DNA of 64,000 nucleotides, from contig OX597830.1 of the NCBI GenBank assembly GCA_951406725.2, forward strand, positions 4,836,001 through 4,900,000. Direction: 5' to 3'. This stretch comes from Octopus vulgaris. Taxonomy: Eukaryota. Under the pieces are notes generated by a model that made no database searches, was not told the origin of the DNA, and saw only the letters and a list, made by a program, of their open reading frames with translations. Each line of letters starts with the position of its first letter. Positions within the stretch are counted from its first letter, which is position 1. Made by a program: the position numbers and the translations under genes. Positions 13,596-26,572 of the stretch are shown one piece after another.

Positions 13596-13966
13596 GGTGT
13601 GGCTGTGTGGTAAAAAGTTTATTTCCAACCACATGATTTTGGGTTCAGTCCCACTGAGTTGTACCAAGGGTAAGGGCCTTCTACTACAGCTCTGGACTGA
13701 CCAAAGCCTTGTGAGTAGATGGAAAATGAAAGAAGCTCATTGCATGTATGTCCCCCCTTATATCTGTGTTTGTCCGTCACCATCACTGGACAACCAGTGT
13801 TGGTGTGTTTACATATCTGCAACTTGGTGGGTCAGCAAAAGAGACTGATAGAATAAGTGAGAGGCTTAAAAGAAAATAAATACTCGGGCCAATTCAATCA
13901 ACTAAAATTCTTGAAAGTGATGCCCCAGCATGGCCACAGTCTAATGACTGAAATAAAGCAAAAAAG
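13596..13966 (+). mobile_element. SINE family A, diverged
   Basis: gtggctgtgtggtaa...gggttcagtcccactg...cagcatggccacagtctaatgactgaaa. Confidence 0.85.
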
Positions 13967-14734
13967 ACAGAGAGTTAAAGATTGAAGATATAGCAAATAT
14001 CTTACACTATCAAAATCTGTCATTTTCTTAAAAGTACCACAGTCACTTTCAGCATTCTTTAATCATTATTCAAATGTTACACTATGTTTCAAAATGGAAT
14101 ATGTCTTTATAAGCTCTTAAGATATCTTCTAAAACTATTAAATTATTTCTTGCTTCTATTGCTTCTTGCATAATTCATATTCTATCAACCCTTGCTCTTG
14201 GTTCATTGTTTCTGTGAGGTACCGGTTCTTTGCTTTCACAGCTTGAAGAGAGGAGGTTATTTCACAACTGAGAAAATTCATAAAATATAAAAAACCCCAA
14301 CACCTATGTGTGATGATTTTTATCCTCTTCTGTCTCTGAGACAAAAACCACTAGGATGTAGAATTGCAGCCGAATGAATGAGGAAGTTCTAAATAAACTC
14401 ACTTTTATTTCAAGTTGATTACAGTTTGTCTAAGCAGTTGCTATGTAATTAAACATCATCAGATTTTGATGATGATGGTGTTGTAATTCATATAAAAATT
14501 AGAAGACATAAGTGAAATTTAATTTCCCATCACATTTTGAGAGATTTCCCAATATACATGTTGTTGGTGGTGGTGGTGGGGGGGATCAGCCACAATGCTT
14601 TACAATATCTAGTTACGGCACTCAACCTCATAAATGTCAGATTTGCCCTTCATCCTTCAAGTATAGGAGGTTGATCTAATCAACTGCTCCTGTCCTCAAA
14701 ACTTCAGACCTCATGTTTATGCTAGAAACTACTA

Positions 14735-14793
<59 letters not shown>

Positions 14794-14795
<2 letters not shown>

Positions 14796-15080
14796 GAAAT
14801 CTCACAGTTTATTTTGCTGGCTATGATGGGAAGTGTCAGCTGTCCACAGCCAGCAGACTAAGGCGACAGTTGTTTACTGGTCATGCTTCAAGAGCCCTGT
14901 GAAGAATTCTTGCAGTTCCAATCAATGCTGATTTTTGTAGGTGTTCTACTTTCACATTTGCACCAATCTTTTTCAGCCATGTTGGTAGTTGAGTGCTGAT
15001 ACTTCCAAGTGCACCATTTACTACTGGTATCACGTCTACTCTCTTCATTGACCACAACCTTCGTATTTCCTATTTCAGTT
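14794..15080 (-). mobile_element. 3' fragment of a Dong/R4-clade non-LTR retrotransposon ending in (TAA)n
   Basis: Minus-strand translation LK*EIRRLWSMKRVDVIPVVNGALGSISTQLPTWLKKIGANVKVEHLQKSALIGTARILHRALEA* (stop at 14881-14883) fits the IPVVIGALG...LQKxxLLGTARILR C-terminus of R4/Dong elements. A short 3' UTR is followed by (TAA)n at about 14737-14793. Confidence 0.85.
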
Positions 15081-15436
15081 TAATAATAATAATTAAGCAA
15101 CAGTGTTCAAATGGTGCATAGTTAAGAAATTCATTTCATAACTGCATGGCTTTGGGTTCAGTCTCATGGCATGGCATCTAGAGCAAGTGTCTTCTACTAT
15201 ATTGTTATTATTATTATTAAGCTGAAGACTCATACATCGTCTTCAATGTGAGAGTTCATCATCATTATTATTAATTTCATATTTTTCAGCAATGTCTACG
15301 TGAAGTTAATTTTCTCTTTAAAACAATACGAAAAAATATCTATGGACTCTGAATAGATTCACAAGAAATTTTAGAATTAGTTTACAAATTACAAGATATG
15401 TTAATAATCCTGCATTTACTTGCAGTTTTATTAATG

Positions 15437-15765
15437 ATGCAGGTGTGGCTATGCAGTTAAGAAATCCATTTCACAACTACAAGATTTGGGGTTCAGTCAC
15501 ATTGTGGAAACTGAAAGAAGCCTGTTGTGTGTGCGTGAGTGCATGCATGTCTTGACAGTACACAATAGTTTGAAACAAATCATCATCATCATCATCATAT
15601 AAGCAATGTCTTTTGTTTCTAATCTTCCCTGTTGTGGGGAAATATTACCTTGCTTGAAAACAGGGTTGGCAACAGGAAGGGCACCCTGCCATTGAAAATA
15701 TTTCGCTGGATTTCATTTGGTTGATGCAAATAGAGAAAATTGCTTGTTTAAATGTTGATTAAGAG
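15437..15765 (+). mobile_element. Old composite SINE (family A head plus RTE-type tail)
   Basis: gggttcagtc, ggaaactgaaagaagcc, then gggttggcaacaggaagggcaccc. Confidence 0.65.
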
Positions 15766-16804
15766 GATAACAGCGATTATGACAACAACAACGAGGAGGA
15801 GAAACTTGAGGAAATTGATAGATCTACCCTTCTATTTAGTTTTGTATCCCACCCAATCAATAATTTCTCTCTAAACTACTACACAAATTACCAAACCAAT
15901 TAATGAAATATTCACTGTTAATTAAAAAGCTTCTGTTACTCAAAGAGTTTACAAGAAAGATTATTTATTTATTTATGAAATAACTTTTGGTTCATGACTG
16001 TTTGATCTCAACATCACTGAAAATGCTTTTTATTTCATTAGTAGTAAAGCAATTATCGACGTATTGGATCTAATTTATCTGTCAGTGATGCTGCTCTGCG
16101 TTTAGATTTAACAAGTCAGTAGTCAACATTGAAATATTCCAGAATTCTGAGACCTTGAGCTAGTTTGGAGTCTTCATTGAAACTAATTAATTTTTCTTAC
16201 ACTGCTAACAAAACAGGAAAAGAATTAACATTACAACTTCTTATTTCCCCACTCTTTGGAAATGTAGAATCTTTTATCTCAGTTAAAATAAAACAATATT
16301 TAAATACTTGCAACGTCATGTTCCAAAGATAGGCCACTTTTGCTAAGGTTATTTTTTTCTTGACATTTTTAACACTAAAATGAATGGTCTGTTCTAAATG
16401 GCAACAGAATTAGTTGAAATTTAGAAATAAAACTGGTAAGTCTGGAGAATATAACATGTTGGCCTGTCAACTTAATATGCATGACGAATTGGTGGACAAA
16501 AAGTTTGGAAAGTTAGAAGAAAGAAAGGGTGACTGGGGGAAATGTGAAAGGAAAAATTCTAAGATCATTGCATTATAAACAGAACAAATATTGGTTGGAG
16601 ATAGCTTGCTGATGAGTGAAAGACTGCTGGTGGTAATGGGAATTTATTTTAGTAAATTTTTTTATACAGCACTGTAGTTTTATTTCAGTGATTTTAGATG
16701 TATGACTTCATCATGATGATTAACGTGTAAATGGCCGCAGTGTAACGAAGTTAGACCTTTAAATTGCCAGAATAATCTGACAGTTGTATACACACACACA
16801 AATA

Positions 16805-17070
16805 TGAAGGTGAATGGCCTAGTGGTTAGGGGTTTTGCCCTCATGGTCATAAGATCAAAGTTTCATATACCAGACTTCTTGAGTAAGATACTCCATTTCA
16901 AATTGCTCCTCTTCACTCCGTTCTAAATGAGTCACTCTGCCTTCAAATCAGAGGCCAAGTGTTGGTCTGCTTGCTTTGTCAGTTGAATGGCCTCAATCAA
17001 AAGCTAAAATGAGGTGCATTGTGACCAGCAATGTATAGCAACATTTGATATTTTTATCAATCACATTATA
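16805..17070 (+). mobile_element. tRNA-derived SINE, family E, diverged
   Basis: A-box tggcctagtggttagg; tail gcattgtgaccagcaatgtatag is shared with 30601-30878. Confidence 0.65.
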
Positions 17071-17298
17071 CATATATATATATATGTATGTATGTATACA
17101 CACACACACACACATCCTATTATAATTTGAGTGATGTTTCTTTGTCCGTTACATTTTTATGTTTGTTAACTCCTCCTAGACCATTGGTGCAAGGACAATA
17201 AAACTCAAACCAGCAACTCTCCTAATCCCAGGGAATGTCCTAATGGGGTCTACTTTTTTAAGGACTATATAAATGGGGCCCCACTAAACTAAGTACAG

Positions 17299-17369
17299 AG
17301 GCATATTGTGTAGTAGTTAAGAGCACGGGCTACTAACCCCAAGATTCCAACTTTGGTTCCAGGCAGTGA

Positions 17370-17431
<62 letters not shown>

Positions 17432-18012
17432 CAGCAAAATGTGGAAGCTGAAGACTAAAACAATACCTGTTGTCATAGGTGCCCTGGGAATGATAGCGAA
17501 AGGGACTGATTGCTACCTAACTCAGATACCAGGAAACCCCAAAATGGCAGAAATTCAAAAGATAGTGCTCATGGGAACTGCTCATATCCTACGCAAAATA
17601 CTCTCTATGTAATCCCAAGGTTTAAAACAAACTTTTTTTTTTTTTTTTTCTTTTATTTATTTTTTTTTTAAATTTTATTTTTATGTATTAGACATTCACT
17701 AGTACAACACCAAAAAAAAACACCTCCCCCCCAAATATATGGCACAGAACTTCCAACTTGTTGTCTCTTGAGGTCTCTGTGTGAGACTTGGAGCCAACTT
17801 GTACAGACATAAAGCAAAAGTCAAACAGAATAATAATAATAATAATAGTGATAACAACAACAACAATATCGAAAAAATACCTTAGGAATGAGAACCCAGG
17901 TTCAAAATTACCCCAAGACACCTGTTGAAGGCTGGAGGGTATATCAGCTGAAACGTGCCAACAACAAACAAGATGAGGACATATATCTGTCAAATGTAAA
18001 TAATGCAAATAC
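17299..18012 (+). mobile_element. Candidate SINE: tRNA-like head, (AAT)n, hammerhead-like tail; interrupted by a Dong-like insertion
   Basis: Head 17299-17373 (tgtgtagtagttaagagcacgggctactaaccccaagattcc...ggttccaggc). The AAT run is split by the insertion. Tail 17865-18012 contains ctgttga-a-ggctg-loop-cagct-gaaac. Confidence 0.55.
17430..17828 (+). mobile_element. 3' fragment of a second Dong/R4-clade LINE inserted in (AAT)n
   Basis: 17430-17612 translates without internal stops as ISKMWKLKTKTIPVVIGALGMIAKGTDCYLTQIPGNPKMAEIQKIVLMGTAHILRKILSM*. The 3' UTR has a T-rich run; (AAT)n on both flanks. Confidence 0.88.
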
Positions 18013-18335
18013 ATGGTATTGGCGACCAAATCGGAGCAATGACAATGAATTTCATACCATGAATTCCCAGGGAGTATCGTAAGGCTGTCCAATTTCTGAA
18101 GGGCTGCTTAAATGGGGCCCCACTGATACCCACTATTTTTACTGCATTTACCTTGCTCCTACACTTATTGATTAAACTGTGATCAGCATCAGTTCTTAGC
18201 ACATTTGCAGAAATAAGTTTGGACATTCTAAATATCTCCACATACATTCAAATCAAGATAAAGATTTATAACAGGTACGTTTCAAGTGTAGTAGTGTGGA
18301 TGCTTATATTTTGTAGTTAATGAAACTTATGTCTA

Positions 18336-18398
<63 letters not shown>

Positions 18399-18611
18399 GT
18401 ATATAAATTAAAAACCCACCTTTTATCAATTCAAAATGAACAATTAAATTACACCATCTAGAAAATTACATATAATAGAAAGATTAAATATAAGATAAAA
18501 AATATAATGATGATTAAGTAATGTGCAGAATAATAAATAAAACGTATATATTTATTATTATCATTATTATTATTATTATTATTATTATCATTATTATTAT
18601 TATTATTATTA

Positions 18612-18678
<67 letters not shown>

Positions 18679-18687
18679 CATCATTAT

Positions 18688-18732
<45 letters not shown>
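18336..18732. repeat. (TA)n, AT-rich spacer, long (ATT)n, (TA)n microsatellite cluster
   Basis: Directly visible; source of the poly-N and poly-I ORFs. Confidence 0.95.
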
Positions 18733-18734
<2 letters not shown>

Positions 18735-20157
18735 TACATACACACAAGCAGACACAGCTTCTGTTTACCTAAATTTAGTCAGGAAGTTTGGGTCCACTCA
18801 AAATTATAGTAAAGACACCCGAGATTGCAGAAAGTGGAATTGATCCTGGGACTGCATGACAGCCTTCTAATCACTAATCCATGTCAGCACCCAGTCAGTT
18901 ATATTGTAGCCTAGTTTTGATATATTTCAAACAGTATCTTCTTACCTTTATTGGATAATAACAGATAATTTCTGTTACTCCACTCCATCCTTTTAAAAAA
19001 ATCTTTTAATATTTCTGATTATTCCAAAAGATATTTGAAATTGTTATTTTACTTATTACAGTTTTTGAGGAAAAGTTTCCTCCATTTCTGTAATATTCAA
19101 CATTTTGGGACAAAAATACAGAAACAAATTTTCTTTTCTTGACAGTGAAGTGAAGTTTTGAGATGATGATTTAAGTTGAAATTATTCTTTCACTTCTGCT
19201 AGTTTTCCACGTATTCCTCCAGAATATTTGTCAATACTGACAGCTTGAGTGAAGAATAAAAATTTATCAAATAAGAGTTCTGGATAAATTAAATATTCCA
19301 TCCCACCAATCTGAAATTGTAATATCAAAGATATTTAGAATTACACCATTGGATCAAATTTATTTATTCCATACCTTTTCTTTCATCCTTATACTCACCC
19401 ATTTCTTCTTCTCTAGCTCTAACCATCCTTCACTCTCTTCATACACCTTTGCAGCCTCTACCTACCAACACTGCCTCTTCTTCTGGCCCCACTGGTTTCT
19501 GCTCACCTTGTACCTTGAGGATCCACTTTGACACCTCTTCTCCACTATTTCATATCATTGTTACTCTCACCCTCTCTTCCATAACATGAGTAGCCATATA
19601 CCTTCTCTGCAGCAAGAAACCTGTTCTGCTTTTGCCTCTTCTTTCATTCTTTAACCTCTCATCTCTTAGCATAAAGCTGCCTTGTCTCCAATCTACACCA
19701 GCAGGAAATCAAATATCACTTTGCCGCTTGCATAGAAAAAGCATCCAGTACACTTTGCGGAATGGTTGGCCTTAAGAATGGTTGGCAATGATAGCAGTCA
19801 TGCCACAGCAGACACTGAAGCATGATGCAATCATCTTTGTTGGATCCAGTCTAACTGTCCAACTATACGAGAATGGAAATTGGGTACAACAGAAAGATGA
19901 TGAAATATATTTGAGGGTACATTTTTATGAGCCCAAGAAAATATGATAAAGTGTTTTACCATAGTCTTACAAATGTATTTGATGCCAAAATGTGATAAAA
20001 TTTCTCTCTCTCTCTTTTTCTTTCTGTCTCTTGATATGTATGTGTATCTGTGTGTATGTATACGTACACACATAAATACACACAATTAGCAGTAAAAAAT
20101 TTCCTTGTGTATCATTTGGAATTTCATGACTATCCAAAATGTCAATAATTTTTAATA

Positions 20158-20455
20158 TCATCATCATTTAATGTCTGTTGTCCATGCTGGCATTGGATGG
20201 ATGAGCTGGAAGGCTGCACAAGACTCCAGTTTGAATTGGCATGGTTTCTACAACTGGATGCCCTTCCTAACGCCAATCACTACAAGAGTGTAATAGGTGT
20301 TTTTACATGCCACTGGCACAGGTGCCATTTGCGTGACACCAGTATCTGCCATGGCTTTGATTTTACTTGGCTTGATGGCTCTTCTCTCTCAAGCATGATA
20401 TATTGCCAAAGGTCTCGATCATTGCTTCCATGAGGCCCAACACTCTAAATGAGCT
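20158..20455 (-). mobile_element. RTE-clade LINE 3' end (degenerate ORF end, 3' UTR, (GAT)n tail)
   Basis: Minus strand reads LGLMEAM..RDLWQYIMLE.. then ttggcgttaggaagggcatccag...ccagcatggacaacagacattaaatgatgatg. Confidence 0.7.
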
Positions 20456-21703
20456 CAGTGTTCTTCTCTTTAACAATGTGAATAGTTTAAAAGCAAGTTG
20501 TGTACATTTTAGTGGATTGCTTTGAAAGTTAGGATAATCTCTTTCTATTTAGTTTTAATCATTGATGTTTTTTTTTTGTGAATTGTGCAGTAGTTGTTGT
20601 TGTTGTTGTTGAATGATTTAATGAAAGCTGCACAAGAATACAATATTTCCCCTTGTCTTGTTTTGGAACTTTTCTTTTCTGCAACTGGTTCATGCTGACA
20701 CAAGTTTATATAGATCTAAATAGGATATTTTTAGAAAAAATACAGTTAGGAAATGGCAATTCCTGAGATTGTAGCAAAGAATGATTAGGAAAGAAGTTTG
20801 TTTCTCTAAGAAACTGGAAACAGTTATTTACATCAACAAAAAAGGGGGAGGGAGAAAAAAAGAAAGAAAAAGTAAAAAAAAAATTTTATCTTCATCTATG
20901 TTTATGAAAGATAACTATATCAATGTTATATCAATACAACCAAATAATATTTTGGTTGCAGAAATCTTATTTCTGGATTATGTTTGTATCAATTATTAAA
21001 TTTTACTAGTATACCCATGTCATCAAAAGTGATTCCAGATTTATCAGAAATAGAAAATTGAGCACTGATTCAAAACAATAGAAGAAAATGTTAAGAAATT
21101 TCCTAACTAAAGACTTTGTACTGTTTATTGAACATAAAAATATTACAGTAATTCATAAATGTGATGCTGCTTTTTTTACATCTATGAAACTTTGGCATTT
21201 TCCTCTCACTCAACTACATTTACTCTTAACTGTCATAGAAATACATTTTTTTTATGATATAGATAATGATTATGCAACAAGCATTATTCTTTTAAGGCAG
21301 AATTTCTGGTCATTTAACCCTTGCCTTTGCTTCCTCATAACTTTCTTTAAAATGTCTACTTTTAAATGACACTTGGCAAAGATATGTTTTTTTTTTTGTC
21401 TTGAGAGTGTAAATTGAAGTTTCAAATGCTAAAAGCCCCGTGAAAAATGCTAAAATTGCTGAAGTGTTTGGTTAGCAAATCAGAGGGATGAAAGAAGGAG
21501 ACAATGATCCAAAACTCCAGCAAAATATCATTAACATGTATTTTAAAGAGAGTTGTGAGGAAACAAAGGTGGAGAAGGAAATACCATTCTGTAGTTATGC
21601 TATAACTTTTTATAACAAATCTTTTAATACAAACATGTGTATGAAATTAAATACGATATTTTTTACTTTCAAAAACAAATTCTATATCAAAATATTATCG
21701 TTC

Positions 21704-21705
<2 letters not shown>

Positions 21706-21734
<29 letters not shown>

Positions 21735-21861
21735 TGTATGTATGTATGTATGTATGTATGTAGGTATGTGTAATACAAATATACATATGTATGATATATA
21801 TATATACTTATATATATATATATACACATATATATATATACATACATACATGTATGAATTT

Positions 21862-21911
<50 letters not shown>

Positions 21912-21935
21912 TATATTATGTATATATATATGTAT
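21706..21935. repeat. (TATG)n plus (TA)n compound microsatellite
   Basis: Directly visible. Confidence 0.95.
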
Positions 21936-24900
21936 GAAATTAAATATTAAAGTAATTTATTTTGTTTATAAACCCTTTTTCAAAAGACAGCAATGCTTTG
22001 GAGTTTGGTTAGTAATTAATGAAAACAAAAGTTATATAGCTTGTGTGTGTGTGTGTGTTCATATACATGTGTCTGAATTTCTATCATTTAAACTGAACAC
22101 TTAGCATGCTTTGTTAACAATTTATTTTTCTATTTTTTCCTGTTTTTCCTTATCAATATAAATTATGGAAGTAATCGAAAATATGTTCGCACAAAATTTA
22201 CAGGAAAATTTTGCAGATTCTTTTTGAGCCAAGTACCTGCTTCTCCAGCCATTGTAAAACTTCGCACTTCTTCTCAATGGGATTATTGGTCTCTTGTTTT
22301 CCCTCACATACATTTGATATCTCCAATGGCCACTCCCTCTCCATTTATTATTTCAGTCTCCCTTGAATACAAATACACCTATATATCATTCTATGTGATA
22401 TTTATAAATTATGAAATATTAGACATATATATTTTACAGATATTTAAACAGTTCAAATAATTATTTCACAGTTAACATTTTGTAAAATTATTCAAACAAC
22501 ATCATCATCGATGACATTATCATTTTCACAGCTGCTTTCCATATTACAATGGGTTAGAGAATCTTGTACTAATTTTCTTCAGCCTTTTTCTTGGTTCCCT
22601 GTCACATCTATCAGAACTAAATATTCTGTGATTCAAGCATGTTCGAATTCTTCATCCAATTCGATGCTGCATTATATGCACATACCAGCAAAGCTACTGC
22701 TCATAAACTTGGCTTGTGCCTTATGTAGCCTAGTCATTACTGATATGTGGCTTTCAGTCTTTAGATTGTGGGTTCAGTTCCCAAACCAGGCAGCATATTG
22801 TGTCTTAAAACAAGATTTCCCTTTGTAAGAAGTACGCCCAACAGAAAATTGTTTCCTTCAGTAGCTGGAAAGTTAACCTCACAATAGACTCTAGCAACCC
22901 ATTCAAAAGAGTCTCAGTCATGAGCTATTAGCTTTGAGAGAGATTTTAACTCTATCAGCTTTCGTTTTATTTGCCTCAAATGAAAATTAATATTTGCAAT
23001 CAAGGCATCTCATTGAAGATATCTCCCACACTACCATTTACAGATCTTCAACAGGCCATACGAATTTAACATTTCTCAGCATCATGGCATTCCTCACGCA
23101 TACTCTTTGAAACTTGTCTTCATCATGGATAGAGAAACTGTTACCAACACAAGTAATAATTCTCTAAATTTGTTTTTCATATTCTTGTTTCTCTACTTTT
23201 TATTACTCCATCTCCTATCATATATTTTATCACCTTAATAACAAAACTGCCAACCATATTCACCAATTTGAGAGCAATACAAAGATTTTATTTCATGGCT
23301 TTCTTTCCCATTGCTTCTATTATTAACTACTTCTATCCAACAGCTTTTCCTCAATTCTTCATTCCTCTCTCATTTTGCCAAATATCTCACTGCATCTCTT
23401 GTTTAGCCATACCCATTAAGTATGATTCTTCCTACGCACCCACTTTTTCACACATTCATTAGATAACCCTGGTCTTGGACACTTTGGGATTTTTCCTCTT
23501 TTCTTACAACTCTTGGGACCTCTCTGAAACATTTTAAAGTTTAAGAACATTTTCTGCCATTTTTCTTTCAACACATCACATCTAAACCATCTATTTATAA
23601 ACTCTCTCTCTCTCCCTCCGTCCATCTTGATCTGGACATGGCCTAGCCTCCTTAGAAGGCAAAAGAGCTAAGAGTCAAAACACTTGCACAAGGGAGGGGG
23701 TACCTCTTCTCTGAAGACCCTCCACTATTCACTTCTCCCTAAAGTTTCTTACTACACATACTCACACATGCACAACACATGCAATTGTGTGAGTGTGTGT
23801 ACAGAATGTATGTGTATATATATACTACATAAAGAGAGAAAGCCTCACTAGAGGAAAGTTAGTGTATTGTATCTTTAAACCTTCACCAAAGATATGTTTT
23901 TATGTGTGCATATACATACATACATACATGCATGCATGCACACATATCCATATAATATATATATATATACATATGCATATGCTCACACACACATACATAT
24001 ATGTTCTTTTCCTGTATGATAGCAGCAATTGGAATGGAAAGCGTCTGTTCTATTCAGCATTCTTCAGATAACAATTTTGCTCAGTCTGCTTCCCATTTTG
24101 GTTCATTCTTTTGTTTTGAATATGGAAAAATAAAAATACAAAACATATGTAAAACTATATTAGTTTTCTATTTATTACTTCTTTCAGTAAACAGAATACA
24201 AAAAAGTTTGTGTAAGCTATTGAATTTAACCTCTTTGTGATTTCTTTACAAAGTTTACCCACAAAGTGAACATAAATACTCTAAAGTCAAATGGAAATCT
24301 CTAGACAATAATAACAATAACAATAAAGAAGAGAAAAAAAATCTATTTAGTTAGATCCAATAATGGATATTGATTCCCATCTCACCACTATATTCAAAGA
24401 CATATAAGTAACTGAGTGATTTCTCCTGGATATTGTCAGGACAAGCAATGCAAAATCTATGAATAGATTCATCAATAGAAAATAAAATACGTAAAAAAAC
24501 AAATAAGCAATATTTATAACGGAACAGAATGGAAATAAAAAGAATACTTTCCTTATAGAAGCTAATAAAAATGCCCAGAGCCAAACTCCCTCCAATAATT
24601 CATGGCCCTTCAATTCTTTTTATGGAACTCAAAATTAGAAACCCAAATTGAATACAAAAAGGAAAAAAACTTGGTATTTCAAGTGAATTCTTAGCTAGTT
24701 ATTGAAATTTCTAAACTAAGCAAACAGAAATATGGATTCAGTCTGAGATTTTTAGACACTTCCCCCCCCCCCCACCGCTTTTGTCTCCTGTCATCTGTCA
24801 CTTTAGGTGGCATTTCTCTTGCATTGTCATTTGAAAATTCTTTAGGTAGGAAGCAATTTTTTTCTATGTATTTCATAAGAATAAAACAGCCTGTCTGAGA

Positions 24901-24962
24901 AGTTGACAGCAAAGTTTCTATGGCTAGAGAAGAAGAAGAAATAAACAGAATAGGTTTTGTTC

Positions 24963-24999
<37 letters not shown>

Positions 25000-25751
25000 T
25001 ATGATTCTGATTTAGAAGTTTCTTTTGATCTTTTGCCGCTCATACTTAATTCATATTCATTGATTTATCTTGGAATGTTCCCCACCGCCGCTTTTTTTTT
25101 ATTTCATTCTGTTTTTCTGCTGAATTTTCTCTACATCAACCATTTGTTAGGTGTTTATTTATTTTCAAAACACATTTAACATGTTTCTGTAAATGAAAAC
25201 AATAAATAATGTCTACTTGTTTACAAGCTAAAGCCTTTTCATGCCTCGACAACAGTAAATTCTTTAGAAACAAGAATTGAAATAAAGGTAATTCATGTGT
25301 ATCTCTAGCATGCATCGGTTGACAAGACAATATATTAATTAATTATCTGCCTGTGCAGTTGTCCAAGCTATTAACTGATCAACTGCCTTCATCAAATTTT
25401 GTAAACAGTGCTGCCTCTTGTGTCACTCTGACATAGATGGCAAATTAATGGCTGCTAATGAAAATTACTGAGAGATGCTGGTGTTGTCACTTCATTTTGA
25501 AATACAAATGAGCCAATTATAAACTGATTACATCTCAATTTTTAAGCAAAAATGTTTTCTAAGACCAACATATATAAAATAAAACCTTTAGAACTGATCA
25601 CCTAATTACAACAATTAGTGAAACTTCATTAATTTATTTCCTACTCAGCCATTCCAAAAGGGTTTCTACAAGATACAGAAAGGCTTTTTCAGGCCAGATT
25701 GGTACAAAACTCTTATCAGAGTTGATGAATCAAAAATTTTAAAAGCTGTGA

Positions 25752-26109
25752 CACCATTCGAGTGTGATCGTTACCTGCGTCACCTTACTAGCACTTGTGC
25801 TGGTGGCACGTGAAAAAAAAAACATCCAAGTGAGGTCGTTGCCAGTGCCACTGGACTGGCTCCTGTGCAGGTGGCACATAAAAAGCACCATTTGAGTGTG
25901 GCTGTTGCCAGTACCACCTAACTGGCCCTCGTGCCAGTGGAAGTAAAAGCACCCACTACACTCTCGGAGTTGTTGGCACTAGGAAGGGCATCCAGCTGTA
26001 CAAACTCTGCCTGATGAGATTGGAGTCTGCTTTGCCAGACCTCAGTCAAATCGTCCAACCCATGCTAGCATGGAAAGCGGACGTTAAACGATGATGATGA
26101 TGATGATGA
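25752..26109 (+). mobile_element. RTE-tail retroposon (family C) with three ~65-bp internal units and a (GAT)n tail
   Basis: Repeated gccagt..actggc..gtgcc.gtggcac.taaaaagcacc units, then aggaagggcatccagctgta...aacccatgctagcatggaaagcggacgttaaacgatgatg. Confidence 0.88.
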
Positions 26110-26156
26110 GCATTATTAAAATGTTAAAAACGAAGGACTTTGAACATTTTGTGTAG

Positions 26157-26572
26157 GTGCAAGCTTAGCTGTGTGGTTAAAAAGTTTACTTCATAGCTTC
26201 ATGATTTCAGGTTCTGTCCCACCACAAAGCACTTTGGACAAATGTCTTCTAGTATAGCCCTGACCTGATGAGAGCCATGTGAGTAGATTTGGTAGAAAAA
26301 AAAACTGAAAGAACCCCATTGTGTGCGTGTGTGTGTTTCCTTGTCTTGACATTTCGTACTAATTGTAAACAAATGTCTCCAGCCTACAAACAGTGCCATT
26401 TGTTTAAAATTTTCATGAAAGCCAGTTCAGCAAGTGTGCGACACATGTGCGAAAGACTAGTGGAAATATTGGTCTCCTTGGAAACAGGTGAGGATTGTTG
26501 GCAGCAAGAACATTTAGCCATAGAAAATCTGCCTGAATGAATTCATGATCCATTATCTGTTAAACAATGATC
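26157..26572 (+). mobile_element. Composite SINE (family A head plus RTE-type tail)
   Basis: gctgtgtggttaa...caaatgtcttctagtatagcc...gatttggtaga...ggaaacaggtgagg...agccatagaaaatctgcc. Confidence 0.7.

Noticed and set aside
25752-25955. Repeat-spacer appearance suggesting a CRISPR array
   Set aside because: Eukaryotic context; the units are degenerate tandem copies within a dispersed retroposon, with no unique spacers and no cas genes.
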